DNA of 44,693 bases from Raillietiella orientalis (taxonomy: Eukaryota). Location of the stretch: contig JAYWIR010000026.1 in assembly GCA_036172245.1 (NCBI GenBank), positions 2,976,001 through 3,020,693 on the forward strand, written 5' to 3'. The position numbers and the translations under genes are program-made. Under the pieces are notes generated by a model. The model worked only from the letters and a program-made list of their open reading frames with translations, was not told the origin of the DNA and ran no database searches. Below, piece by piece: positions 12,034 through 23,823 of this stretch (position 1 is its first letter; each line of letters begins with the position of its first letter).

Positions 12034-15000
12034 TTGCCCCCCGGGTGGGCCCGAAGCGTTTATTATTAAAACACTACAATAACGTGGTATCAGGCTCCAC
12101 TAACAGCCACACAACACCGGACCTGCCGGGATGCCGGGACGCAGCCCGGCGTGGCACTCTTCGACAGCGAAGGGGGATGGGGTAAAAACAAAAAGCAAAA
12201 ATAAAAACAAAAAGAAAACAAAAAGAAGTTGGAGGGCAAGGACGGGATAACAGTTCACGGGTTGGAGGAACCATCCGTTGAAGGAAGTTCTCAAGGTCCT
12301 TCTGCATAATTGCCAGCAGGGAACATCCATCAGCTCTCCGCATGAAGCTGATTGCATACAGGGAGACTTCCCCCTCGTTTATGTCCCGATCATCGTTGTT
12401 TGGCATCGCTCCAGGCCGCCACGATGCGTAGGACGAAACAAAGTGCTGCGTGGGCTGCGACAGGTTGCAGGGCGTTCCGCACGACGAGGAGGCGGAAAAC
12501 GTCTCTAGGGGTGCTGCCCGTCGGGAGACCCAGGGTCGACCCAAACCGTTCCCAAAGGGGTCCAAGGGCAGCACAATCCACAAAAAGTTGGAAGAGCGAT
12601 TCCCGCTCCCCACATCTGGCACATGCAGGATCCACAGCTCCCCTTGTCCAGTGGAAGCGGCGCGCGTTGCAGGGTAGACCCCAGTGCAACAGAAGCAACG
12701 CCGACTCTTGCCACTCAAGGAGCAGAATCCTGGATTCTAACATAAGCGGGGGCCACTTCAGCACATCCATGGGAATATCGAGTAGCTCGCCCGATCTCTG
12801 TATTCCTCGGAGCTGAACGATCGGGGTCGTGGCGTCGGCAAGTGATCCTGTAGTCCAGCCGCTCGTCAACTTCTCGCGTCCCTCGATGCAGCAGGAGACT
12901 TGCCACCTTGGCGTCCGGCTGCTGTGAAGTGCCCTTATCAGGAAGAACAGCGCCGTAGCTAAACAGGTCGTCTCTGCCCACGTGCTTCTTGCTGGACTCT
13001 CCAGGAGATTCCGCAGCGTGCAGTAAGCGTAGGGGCTGCATCGGAGACGATTCCACGTCTCGTGGTTCCTCTGGTTAAAGACTGCCCACGTACCAATATT
13101 CTCTTCAAGCAACGCGGGGGAGTTGGCGGGGCAGCAAACCATCCACCTGTTCTCCTTGGCCAATGTTGCCATGCGCTCGAGCAGTAGGCCGCATATTCGC
13201 ATCTTCCGGCCACGGCTCAAAAGAAAAGACGCGAGTCCATCGCACCGGGACACACGGCTGGCAAGGAGGCGGGCCGGAGTGCACAGAAGGGTGCTCCACA
13301 TCTACGCTGCGATGGCGAGGGTTCGCCACCGCAGCTGCTTCTCCACGCGCTCCAGCGTCAGGAGGCCAAGACCGCCGTCCAGACGAGAAGCGCGCAAGTC
13401 CTTCAAAGGGACTCGGGGCCCCCCCTTGCCCCAAAGGGCGATACGGAGGAGGTCCTTTGTCCTCTTCTTGGATTCCACGGTGGAAGGGCAAACAAAAAAC
13501 AAGGGGCGAAGGATGTGGGCCTCAAAGGCGTTCCTAACCGCGGCCAGTTCCGGCAAGTGAAACTTACCTTCGAGGAACGGGCCGATCGCCGTCTCGACTT
13601 TTTGGAGGCAGCTGGAACACGCTTCCGCAGGGGAGTAGTCCCCCAACGGCACACCAAGGTACTTGAAGCACCTCGCCGTGGGGATCCCCAGACGGACCCA
13701 GTCCTGCTGCCCTGCCCACGCCGCACCTATTGGCACAACCGACGACTTCGCCCTGTTAACCTGCAGTCCGGTCCCGCGGCTGAGCAGATCGAAGAAGTCT
13801 CCGACCGCCTTTGCCGGGGTGGACATCGGCAACAAAAGCAGAAGATCGTCGGCGTACGCTGCTACGGCGGGCGTGCCGGGGCACGAGCTCGGCAAGGGGG
13901 CCAAAGTCACCCTGTACGCTCTCAGCACCAACTCAAAGTAGGTGCTAAAGAGCAGGGGACTGAGGCTGTCGCCCTGCCGTATGCCCCGCCGTACCGGCAC
14001 GCCGTACGCCATTTGACCTCTGAAAGAGATATTGATCAGCGCGCTGCGCCAGCAAGAGCGCAGGTAGGTCAGTAGGGAGGGAGGGAAGCCCATGCGTCCC
14101 AGGAGCTCCAGCAGGAGATCCTGGTCCAAGCAGTCAAACGCTTTGTGCAGATCGACTGCGATCGCTAGGGCTCCCTTCCCCACCTGGGAGTCCTGTCCCT
14201 GCCCGGCTGACGCCCCCAAAGCGGGGCTGCCAATCCTTCCCTCTTCCTTTTCTTCACTAGTCTGCACATGAAACCATGTGCTCGCGAAGAAGAGGTGGCC
14301 TCCATACTTCGCCCTGGAACAGCGTAAGTCTACTCCGGGCTAATTATGGAATTGGCCACCTGCCCGAGACGCGAAGCCCACAGTCCGGCGATCAACTTGG
14401 CGTCCGTGTTCACAATTGTGATCGGACGCCAGTTGCTGAGTTCCCTGAGGTCTCCTCCTTTCGGAAGGAGCCTCACTCTGGCTGACCGAAACGAGGCGGG
14501 TACATCGCCTTCATCTCGGATCAGCCTTGTCAACTCAAGCACCAGGAGTGCCAACTCTGCCGCGAAGCATTGAAAAATCTCCGCAGGCAGGCCGTCTTCC
14601 CCTGGTGCTTTCCGCCTCTTGAGCCTTTTGATACCGGCGAGAATTTCGCCGGTGGTAAAAGGCTCGTCGAGGCTTTCCTTCTCCTCCTCCCCTATTGCCG
14701 GGGCACCGTTCGGAAGCAAGCGCCAAGAGGTATCTTGGTCCGGGGGCGCCCTGGCGTAAGGGAGGAATGAAAACGCCGCACGAGGTGCCGTATTCTAGCC
14801 GGAGCCGAGTGCTCCCGGCCCTGGTCGTCCAGCAAGCTGGCCGATCCGGATTGCCAGGCTTGACGTTCGGCCTCGGCTCGGTACTCTGCCAGGCGACGGA
14901 CATTGGGGGTCCTCTCGTACCGGCGGGCTTGTAAATAAGCCCTATGGTTCCGAGCCCCCTACCCAAATCCGGGGGGCAGGCGGTGCAGGGGAAACTCCTC

Positions 15001-15383
15001 GCAGAACTCGCGGACCGAGGCCTTGAAGAGGTCCCAATCCTTGAGACTGCGGAGGGTGACGCCTCTCAGGAATTCGCGAAGGTGTTCCTTCGCACCTGAG
15101 AGTCGCGTCCAGTCCCCCGGCAGACGCCAATCCCTGGATGGCGGTCCTTTGTCGCGAGGCCGCATCTCGAACATTAGCCGGGAATGGTCCGACAACGTCG
15201 ACACAACCCTCCCCCGTTTGCCGACGCGTGAACACAGGTCAGCGTCCAGGAAGACGTGGTCGATGCTGCGGACCATTCCTTTCTCACCCGCGAACAAGTT
15301 GCGCGCACGCATGGCGGCGCACAACTCGTTCATCGCGTTCTCTTGTGTTTCTGGCTCACCTGTTAGCAGACGGAGATTGAAAT
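12034..15383 (-). mobile_element. Element A, 3' part (APE C-terminus, RT, zf-RVT, 3' UTR)
   Basis: FNLRLL...SDH, KAPGEDGLPAE, WRPITIVNTDAK, VDLHKAFD, GIRQGDSLSPLLF, AYADD, KYLG, CARCGERES; terminus AATAAACGC-TTCGGG-CCCA-CCCGGG-GGGCAA at 12034-12064; several lesions. Confidence 0.9.
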
Positions 15384-15696
15384 TTATCACCCGGTCACGC
15401 CGGGGCGTTTATTAATAATAATAAACTGGTCAGGGACAATGTCCCCAACCAAGAGAACGACAGAGAACATAGAAAAATTACCGGCACGCAGGCCTGGTAA
15501 ACAAACCGCTCGCAGCGTGGGGGGAATGAGGGGAAACAAACAAAAATCAAAAACTGGAGGGAAGGGTAACGGGTTTTTGGTTAGGCTCCGTACTCACGGG
15601 GATTCATACGATGAGCACCTAAAATGTTCCGGAGCCTATGGGGACGCGGGTGTAAAAAGAAAATACAAATTTAGTTTATGGAGGGTAGGGCAATGA

Positions 15697-18600
15697 TCAC
15701 CGGGTTGGCCGCTGATGATGGTGTGTAAACCGGCGGTGTATTGCGGCGAGATTCCTCTTTGTCTCCTCTGTCAAATGAGGCCATCTAGCGGATGCTCCCA
15801 TGTAGAAGGATGCTTTGCTGATTACCTCTTGGTGCTGTCCGTTGATTACCAACGCCTGGCGGACGGAAACTATCGCGCGTATGCAACCGATGGTTGCAAT
15901 CCTTGCGCTTAGTGAAAGCCTGCTCGGCGTGAAGAATCGTCGCAGCAAGTCTCTTGCGGTGTCCACGGGATGCAATAGTGCTGTTGCTGCCTACGCCACA
16001 GTCCTTGTAGGACACCGCAGTCCAGAAGTAGGTACGGAATCGACTCCGTGGATCCGCACCGAACGCAGTTCGCAGACGCAAGTCCCCCGGAGTCACGATG
16101 CCAACGCTCGTTGCACTGAAAACCCCAGTGAACGAAAAGCAGCACGGCTTGTTTCCAAGCAAGGGGGAGCAGCGAACTGTCCATACACTGTGGAGGGACT
16201 ACAAGTTCTTCGGGGGTGACAGCAAGTTCTTCTGCCCACCGGAGGAGTCCCTTTGCAGTAACACGAGGAGTGGCGGCGTCCGCCAACTCACTTGTCTTCC
16301 AGGTGCCAAGGAGTTTGGTTCTTCCCGCTATCGTGCAGGAAAACTCCCACCTCGCCGGTTGGTAACTGTCGTTTCTTGCCCTGAGGGCAGACAGCGCTGC
16401 GGCAAGAGGCGTGGCAGCCAGGGTAGAAAACTTCACCTCGTACTGCAGTACTTCTTCCAAGGATCGTGGAAAAAATTGGCGCAGGGGGCGAAGATCTTCA
16501 GGGCGTATTCCTTGGAACGCCGCCCAGGATTCAACAGACTCCTGGCGCCAAGCTTCAAAGTTCATTGGGCGGCAGGAGATCCAAGAGTGTGCTTCCAGAA
16601 GTGCGGTCAACTGCCGCAATGGAAAACCGAAACCCCGCTTTCTGTATTGAGTGCCCGGCAAAAGCGAGAGAAATCCTCCGCTGCCGGCGCATCTCCGCAG
16701 GAGAATGCGAGCTGGCACACACAGGGGGGATGTCCATAGCTGGGCACACAGTGCCAGCAGTCGGAACTGCACCTGCAGTCCGATTCGCTCCATTGTCAGG
16801 ATACCCAAACCGGCATCCCGACGCGGAGCTGACAAATCTTTAAGGCGGATCCTGGATCTCGCCGGACCCCAGAGAGCGTTCCTGAGCAGGCGCTTAGCCC
16901 GCTGTTTTGCCGCATAGGGGGGGTCCAAAACAAAAAACAGGGGACGAAGGAGGGGGGCCACAAAGGTGTTCCAAATAGTCGCCCGTTCCTGCAAGGTAAA
17001 CTTGCCGTTAAAGAACGGGCTGATGGCCAACTCTGCTTTCTGAAGACAGTCCGCTCACGCTTCGGCTGCGCCGAAAGCGCCCAACGGAACGCCAAGGTAC
17101 TTAAAGTACCCGCCCGTGGGGATCCCCAGGCGGATCCAGTCGGACTGCCCCTCCCACGACGTACCCACAGGAACGACCACGCTCTTCTCTCTGTTCACGC
17201 TCACGCCCGCTCCCCGACGAATCAGGTCGAAAAAATCCTCGACACTGGACGCCGGGGTGGACATGGGGAGCAGAAGAAGCAGGTCATCAGCGTAGGCGGC
17301 CACGGCAGGCGTTCCCGGGCAGGAGCTTGGCAAGTGAGACAGCGTCAGCCTGGATGCTCTTAGCACCAACTCAAAGAAGATGCTGAAGAGCAACGGGCTT
17401 AAGCTGTCGCCCTGTCGGATGCCCCTACGAACGGGAATACCATACACGCGGCAGCCGCTGAAAGTAATGCAGGTTAGCGCGTGGCGCCAGCACACGCGCA
17501 AATACAGCAGGAGTTGCGCCGGGAACCCAAGGCGTTCCATAAGCTCCAAAAGCAGCTTCTGGTTTACGCAGTCGAACGCCTTGTGGAGATCGACCGCGAC
17601 CGCCAAGGCACCTGGCGTTCCCTCCTGCCGTCGGCGCCTGTTCTTTTTGCCTGCAACAGTGACTTTCGCAGCAGCTTGGCTTTGCTGCGCCACAACTTCC
17701 TGCAGCTGCATCCATGTACGCGCGAAAAGGATGTTCGCCTCCATGGATCGTCCCGGAACCGCGTAGGTTTGTTCCGGGCTCACCACAGATTCCGCGATTC
17801 TTCCTAACCGCGCGACCCACAGATTGGAAAACAACTTGACGTCCGAGTTCACCAAGGTGATCGGACGCCAGTTGTTAAGTTGGCGCAAGTCTCCGCCTTT
17901 CGGCAGGAGACGCACCTTCGCTGAGCGGAAGGAATCAGGGACATTCCCGGATTCACTCATCAGCGTCGCGAGTTTAAGCATCAAGGGAATGAGCTCCACT
18001 GCAAAGCACTGATGAAACTCTGCAGGGAGCCCATCCTGGCCTGGCGCCTTTCGTCTCTTCAGCCCAGAGATGGCGGACGAAAATTCATGCGCCGTGAAGG
18101 GCTCGTCGAGACGTTCGCGTTCCTACTCGCCGACAACACGAGCATCCTGAGACAGGAGTATCTCAGAAAGAATATCCTCCGTCGGGGATTCCGCGTAGAG
18201 CGAGGAGTAGTAGCGTCTCACAATGCGGCGTACTTCGGCTGGGGCCGAACATTCCTGGCCCTTGTCGTCCAACAGGCATGCTGCTCCGGACTGCCAGACC
18301 TGGCGCTCGGCCTTCGCCTTGTACTCTGCGAGACGCCCGACATCCGCGCGTCTCGAAAACGTGCGGGCCTGCAGAAAGTCTCTACTGTTGGCCACGCCCT
18401 CTCCGAAACCGCGTGGAAGCCGGTGCAAGGGGAATTGGCAACAGAACTCGCGGACAGATCTTTTGAGATCGTCCCAGTCCGCAAGTTCTTGAATGGCAAA
18501 GCCTCGGAGGTATCCACGTAGATGCTCCGCAGCCTACGGTTGGGTAAGCCAATCCGCCTGCATCCTCCAGTTTTGCAACGGAGGTCCCCTGCCTGGCGGA

Positions 18601-19289
18601 AGGATCTCAAACTCCAACCTGTGGTGGTCAGAAAGCCTAGTCAACAATCTTCCTCTCCTACCCACACGCGAATGCAGGTTTTCATCCAGGAAAACGTGAT
18701 CGAGCGATCTTTCCATTCCAGGTTCGCTGACCGTCAAGTTGGCAACGTGCACGGACGCGCACATCTCGATGGGAAGCGCGCGCTCCCTCGGGCGGCTCCA
18801 ATCGTCGGAGAGCAGGCGGACGTTGAAGTCCCCAGCGACGAGGTGCGCCACTTGGAAGCCGGAGTTGTTGAGCCACTGGCTCTGCACCTCACCAAAGAAA
18901 GCTACTCTTTCTTCGAGGTAGCGAGAGCCACTCGGCGCGTAGACGTTCGTAACGACGAGATCGATGGACTCGGACCACTTGATGACAAGCTGGCATATCC
19001 GTCCGTTGTCATCGAAACGAACACTACGCACCGCTTCCGCCATTTTTCCTCTTACGAGGAACGCGACGCCGCACGTGTGTGCGCCGCCGCACCGCCAATG
19101 TAGCCTTCCGCCTGCGCGCTCCTCGATTTCGGCTGCCTGCTCGTCGGAGATTACGTGAATCTCCTGCAGCAGCGCGAGTTCGAAGGGGCGCAGTGCGTTG
19201 GCTACTAATCGCCTCTTCTCGTCGTTCTGCAGTCCGTTCACGTTCCAACACGTTACGGACAGACGACGAGAAGACGCGATTCCCCGCAT
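15697..19289 (-). pseudogene. B ORF2 (APE-RT-zf-RVT), frameshifts and stops
   Basis: MRGIASSRRLSVTCWNVNGL..LLQEIH..NVYAP..AGDFN..SLDHVF..SDH; RT with GIRQGDSLSP and YADD; CVRCGSTESIPYLLLDC. Confidence 0.9.
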
Positions 19290-21233
19290 TACTGCTGGGA
19301 AGGTGGCGGCTTCTTGCTCGCTTTATCCGGCGAGCAGACGGCGAGCAGCACGACTGGCTGGAGGGGACGGTCGCCACCGTCCTCTGTCGTGCTGCATGCA
19401 TGTAATGCCTCCACGCCAGGCTGAACCCCGTCGGGTTTCGTGGAGACTTCGCGTTGCTTCGCGGCGAGCGTTGCCTGGCTGCCTACTTTTGATCGGCGCG
19501 CACACGCTTTCGAACGAGTTGTCCTCGTCTCGGTGATCGGAACGGCATCCATTTCGGAGTCCGACCGGCGCATGTTCGATCGGGTTTCGGCCTTCCGCAA
19601 AGCAGTGACAGGTTCTGCTGGATTGACAGCTGTCCTGTTTTCGTTTTCCGTCACCAGAGCATCGCTTTTGGTGACGGCTGCTTTCCCGGCGCGCGCGTTT
19701 TCAGCGTGCTCACGCGCAATTGCACGAGGGACCTTTGCTGAAGTCTTCTTTACTTCATTACGGTTCCTCACTTCGCGTGGCGCCGCAAATGGAGATTGTG
19801 CTCCATGGCCATCTTTGAAGCCATCCGCGTCTTTGGACGGGAGCACTTTCGATGGCTCCGACACGCTCGTCATGGACGCTGCTTTCGGAAGGGCTTTTAA
19901 TCCCTTCGTTGGCATGGCATCCGCGCCAGTCCAGAGCTTGCTCTCCGACTGCGACGGCGTGAGATTTTTCTCCGCTTTCGCGGTGTTGGATCGCGACGCG
20001 GATTTTTTTTTGCCGACTTTCGAAGTCGACACGGCGCAACCCTTCTTACCCGATTTGGGCTTCTCAGCCACTGCAGGAGGTGAAGGAATGGATCTGACGG
20101 TACTGGAAGTGTCCTTACCGCCGTTGTCCATTGGCGTCCCCGCCGGTTGCTCGAACTCCGAGAGAGCCTGCGTGCTTGGGAAGGACACCTATTGCGCCTA
20201 GGGGGACTTACCATTGCCCCGGATTCCCCGCACCCTTTCTTTTCGGCTCCCCTGCCGCGAGAGGGGGTGCGCAGGGCTTTGCGTGCGAGGTTTCCTGCTG
20301 CTTTGGGGCGACATTCCGCCTCGCGTTTTTACCGAATTTCTGCCGTGGGGTCTCCAGGTTTTTCGCAGATTTTTTCTTTTTATCCGCGCTTTGTTTTCCA
20401 GGATGGAGCTCCGCGGCTGCCTTTTTTCGCATGAGATCCGGGCAATTTTTCAATTGGTGCCCGGATAGTTTGCAATAACGGCATTTTCCAGAGGGGCATT
20501 TATCCAAACAATGCCCCTCCTTCCCGCATTGCTCGCACGTTTTTACTTTGCCCACGAACCACAGGTGAACGACCGTGTCTTTCACCTGTAGTTTCGTGGG
20601 CAGCAGACGGCGGTCCGGCATTGTAAGCCGGACTCCAGCGACTCCGCTGTGTATGGACGAGAAGTTCTTGAGGTTGCTACGCACCCTCCACAGCGCATGG
20701 ACCGTGGCGAATTTTGCCAACGCGTTCCGAATATCAGTATCGGAGATTTCCGACTCGATGTCGAAAATCTCCACCACAAATGAGTCGTCCATGGCGGCCG
20801 GGAAGACCTTCTGGCCACGGATCGACAGCGGGGTGCGCAGCAAGCGTTGCACAAGTGCAGCGTCTTTGCAACGCACCTTGAAATAGCCCATGTCTTTTAC
20901 GGGCATAATGGCGAGAAGGTCCTTCTCCCGCACGCCAACACGGGTCAGTTCATCGTTGAACTGATTCCCGTCGCGCGCAGAAAGAAAACCACTCACCTTA
21001 TATCGGAGAGCAGGTCTATAGCCTTGGGCTACATATGCCCGCAACTCCGACTCGTCGAGTGGTTTCCCTTTGACGGCTGCTGTGGCAGCAACGTCAGCAA
21101 AACCCCTCTCCATTGGCGAGAAAGACGAGGTGGAGGCGGCCGTCGGTTCCGCGATTGCAGATCCAGATGCTGTTCCTCCAACTTCAGTAGCTTCAAGTTG
21201 GGTCGACATCGTCGTCAAAATGTACAACGCCAA
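19289..21233 (-). pseudogene. B ORF1 (RRM-like region plus two CCHC knuckles plus long basic/disordered tail), broken near 20190-20215
   Basis: CEQCGKEGHCLDKCPSGKCRYCKLSGHQLKNCP; ORFs 20208..21233 and 19289..20188. Confidence 0.85.
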
Positions 21234-21270
21234 GATGAAGCGGATGAAAGCACGGAGACGAGAGCGAAGA

Positions 21271-21287
21271 AAAACACGTCCGCACTC
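21271..21287 (-). promoter_or_regulatory. Conserved 5'-terminal motif G(A/G)GTG(C)GGACGTG(T/C)TTT (representative copy)
   Basis: GGACGTG within ~7-11 nt of the 5' end in A, B, C, E and F; variants in G (GGACAGG) and J (CGACGTG). Confidence 0.55.
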
Positions 21288-21296
21288 GATTGAAAT

Positions 21297-23606
21297 CTCC
21301 CGCTATCAGGTGAGCCTTCCGCACGTTCGTGTCCGCCAGCCAGTCGCGCTTCAGGGAATCCAGCAGCCTGGTACGGTCGCTGTATCCCTGTTTACCGCTG
21401 GGGGCGTACACATTCGTGACGATCAATTCGATCGAGTCGGACCAGTTGAGAATCAGCTGACCGACCCGACCGTCGTCATCGAAGCGCACGCCCTTCACGG
21501 CCGCGTCGATGGCCGGCTTCACGAAGAACGCGACCCCGCAGGTGTTGCGGAGGCCGCACCGCCAATACAGCCGACCCCCCGCGATCGTCTCGATCTCTTG
21601 GGCGTCTGCCGCGGTGATCACGTGGATCTCCTGCAGCAGGGCCAGGTCGAGCTCACGCAGGGTGTCGGCCGTATCTCGCCTGTTACCGTCGTCGCGCAGC
21701 CCGTTGACGTTCCAACAGGCGGCGCGAATCCGACGGCGACTGGCGAGCCCAGGTGTTCTTCCTGGGAAGATGGCGATGCGGCGTCCGCCACCTGTTGGGG
21801 CGGGACGCTAGGTGGAGGAGGAGGGTCAGGCGCTGCGTGCACCTGGTCCCCCTCCTCCATGGGCAACGGCGCGTCGAGGGGGTCACCCTTAAGTGGGGTG
21901 GCGCCTACCTGTTGGCCCTCCTCCATGGGGGCGGGCTGTTCAGGCTCGGCGACTGCAGGGAGGACTTCGCCCCCCTGCTCACCCTCCTCCATGGGGGTGG
22001 CCGGCTCGACGGCTTCCGAACGTTGGAGTTCCCCCTCCGGGATTCCCACGCCACCGCTACCTTCCTGCTTCTCCTCCTCGCTGGTGGAAGGGAGGCGCCT
22101 CCTGGGTTTCTGGGACTTGCGTCCCGACTTCATGGGGGGTGCCTCCGAGGAGGAGGATGCACTTCCGGCCCCCAGGTCCGACTCACCTGTGGGGGCCTTT
22201 TTCGCGGGAGCCGGCCTTCGCACGGCCTTGCGTGAGGGGTTCTCACGCTCCGCCAGCGTGGCCGCGAGCTCCTCCGCCGCCTTTGCGAACGCGGCGTCCG
22301 CAGTGTCGACCGGCGCGTCGCGCGGCTCACCCTCTGTGTAAACAGAGGGTTCGCCGTCGCCAACCTCGGGCGCGGCGGAAACGGCGAGGGAAGGCTCGTC
22401 GCCCCGGGTGGCAATCTCGGGAACGGCTATGCGCTCCAGTGCTACCGTACACTCCCGCATGGTCTTAGAGCGCGGCCCAGGTTTTTTCACCTTGCCGGCT
22501 GTCTTTTTTACCGCTTTCGCGGGTTCCGCGGGGTGCACCTTTTTCTCCTTCCTGGCCTTGACCAGCTGCCAGCCGTCTTGGACTCCCGTATCTTCGGAGG
22601 GTTTTTCTTCCGACGCCTGTGTGGGAGGAACAGGGGCTAGCGGCTGCTGCCGGCCAGTATCTCTTTTTGGTCTTTCGACCAGTTTACTGCGTTTTGCCTG
22701 TGCTTTTTTTGCAGCAGGCGGCACCGGAGTGGGGCGTTTAGGGCATACGCGGCGTACGTGGCCCTTCTCCCCGCATAAGTGGCACACAATGTTCGGGCAC
22801 CGCTTGCGCAAGGGTCCTACTGCATTGCAGTAGCCACAAAAGCGGGGTTTCCCCACGTACCAGAGGTCTACGACTTCGCCATTGACCTCTAGTTTGTGGC
22901 GAAGCCCACTCTCGTTCACCGTCACGCGCGCGGCGGCCTGCCCTCCGAAAAGGCTATCGTAGCCATCGAAGATTGTGGCCTTTGGCCAAAGCGCGTGAAC
23001 ATTCCCGTACTTTCTTAACTGATCACCAGCCGCAGACCGCGTCATGCGGCTGGTGATCCCTGTCAGATGGACCACTACGGAGCGGTCCATCGTGACTGGT
23101 AGGATCTTGCGTCCGTCCACGTTCAGCGGGGTGGTTATCAAGCTTTGCGCCAAGGTGATGTCCTTGCAGACAACCTCAACGCGCTGACCCCCGCTTAGCA
23201 CGGAAAGACCGTCAAGGACCTTTTCCAACACGTTGGCGTTCTGCAGCGCTTTCGAAAAATCGCGTGCAGTTCGCCCGTCAAAGAGATTGCCTACCTGGTA
23301 AACCAAGCTGGGCTTGTACCCAGCTGCCCGGTAGGCCGCCATCTCGGCCATGGTTTCAGCGCTCGGCGCGGCCACCATGGCGCTCCAGCTCCTCGCCTTG
23401 AGCGGCGAGGGCGATTCCGGGGCGGACGCCCCTGATTCTGTAGGCTGTGGGGGTGGGCAAGCCTCCATCACACCTACCTCCATCGTGGTGTCCTCAGGCA
23501 TCGCTGCCATCGGACACCAACGATGTTCCGCACTAAACAACACAACAAAAAACCGCTTCCTGTCGACTCACTCGGGAGCGAAGGAAACACACGTCCACTC
23601 GCCAAG
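21297..23606 (-). mobile_element. Element A, 5' part (5' UTR, ORF1, N-terminal APE up to GDFN)
   Basis: Near-identical by eye to C 26960-29269; the APE is cut at AGDFN by B. Confidence 0.92.
21618..23510 (-). CDS. A ORF1 protein (gag-like, RRM-like region plus CCHC knuckles), open reading frame
   Basis: Uninterrupted ORF from MAAMPED; FCGYCNAVGPLRKRCPNIVCHLCGEKGHVRRVCP (first knuckle H>P relative to C). Confidence 0.85.
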   Translation of the reverse strand: MAAMPEDTTMEVGVMEACPPPQPTESGASAPESPSPLKARSWSAMVAAPSAETMAEMAAYRAAGYKPSLVYQVGNLFDGRTARDFSKALQNANVLEKVLDGLSVLSGGQRVEVVCKDITLAQSLITTPLNVDGRKILPVTMDRSVVVHLTGITSRMTRSAAGDQLRKYGNVHALWPKATIFDGYDSLFGGQAAARVTVNESGLRHKLEVNGEVVDLWYVGKPRFCGYCNAVGPLRKRCPNIVCHLCGEKGHVRRVCPKRPTPVPPAAKKAQAKRSKLVERPKRDTGRQQPLAPVPPTQASEEKPSEDTGVQDGWQLVKARKEKKVHPAEPAKAVKKTAGKVKKPGPRSKTMRECTVALERIAVPEIATRGDEPSLAVSAAPEVGDGEPSVYTEGEPRDAPVDTADAAFAKAAEELAATLAERENPSRKAVRRPAPAKKAPTGESDLGAGSASSSSEAPPMKSGRKSQKPRRRLPSTSEEEKQEGSGGVGIPEGELQRSEAVEPATPMEEGEQGGEVLPAVAEPEQPAPMEEGQQVGATPLKGDPLDAPLPMEEGDQVHAAPDPPPPPSVPPQQVADAASPSSQEEHLGSPVAVGFAPPVGTSTGCATTVTGEIRPTPCVSSTWPCCRRST

Positions 23607-23823
23607 GGTTTCGGCGTTGCCACCCGGGTACGCCCGGGGCGTTTATTGATAAACTTTACATGCGTGGTACAAGGCCCCACCACGGCCGTAAACACAGGAC
23701 CTGTCATGACACCGGGACGCAGCCCGGCGTGGCACTCCCCGACAGCGAAGGGGGATGGGGATGAGACAAAAAGTAAAATAAAAAAAGAAACAAACAAAAA
23801 GAAGTTGGAGGGCAGGGAAGGGA

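Larger units (their letters stand above)
15384..21287 (-). mobile_element. Element B: full-length divergent L1/Tx1-like subfamily nested in A, 9-bp TSD
   Basis: GATTGAAAT at 15375-15383 and 21288-21296; removing B restores AGDFNLRLL as in C (26941-26970); starts GAGTGCGGACGTG and ends AATAAACGC-CCCGG-CGTGA-CCGGG-TGATAA. Confidence 0.93.

Noticed and set aside
15582..15638. Hammerhead-like fold (CGATGAG...CGGAG)
   Set aside because: The CUGAUGA and GAAA cores are both imperfect and it lies antisense to the element
20189..20211. GTAAGT...AATAG as a 23-nt intron repairing B ORF1
   Set aside because: Very short, no branch point or pyrimidine tract, and not seen in other copies; a frameshift plus CAG>TAG decay explains it
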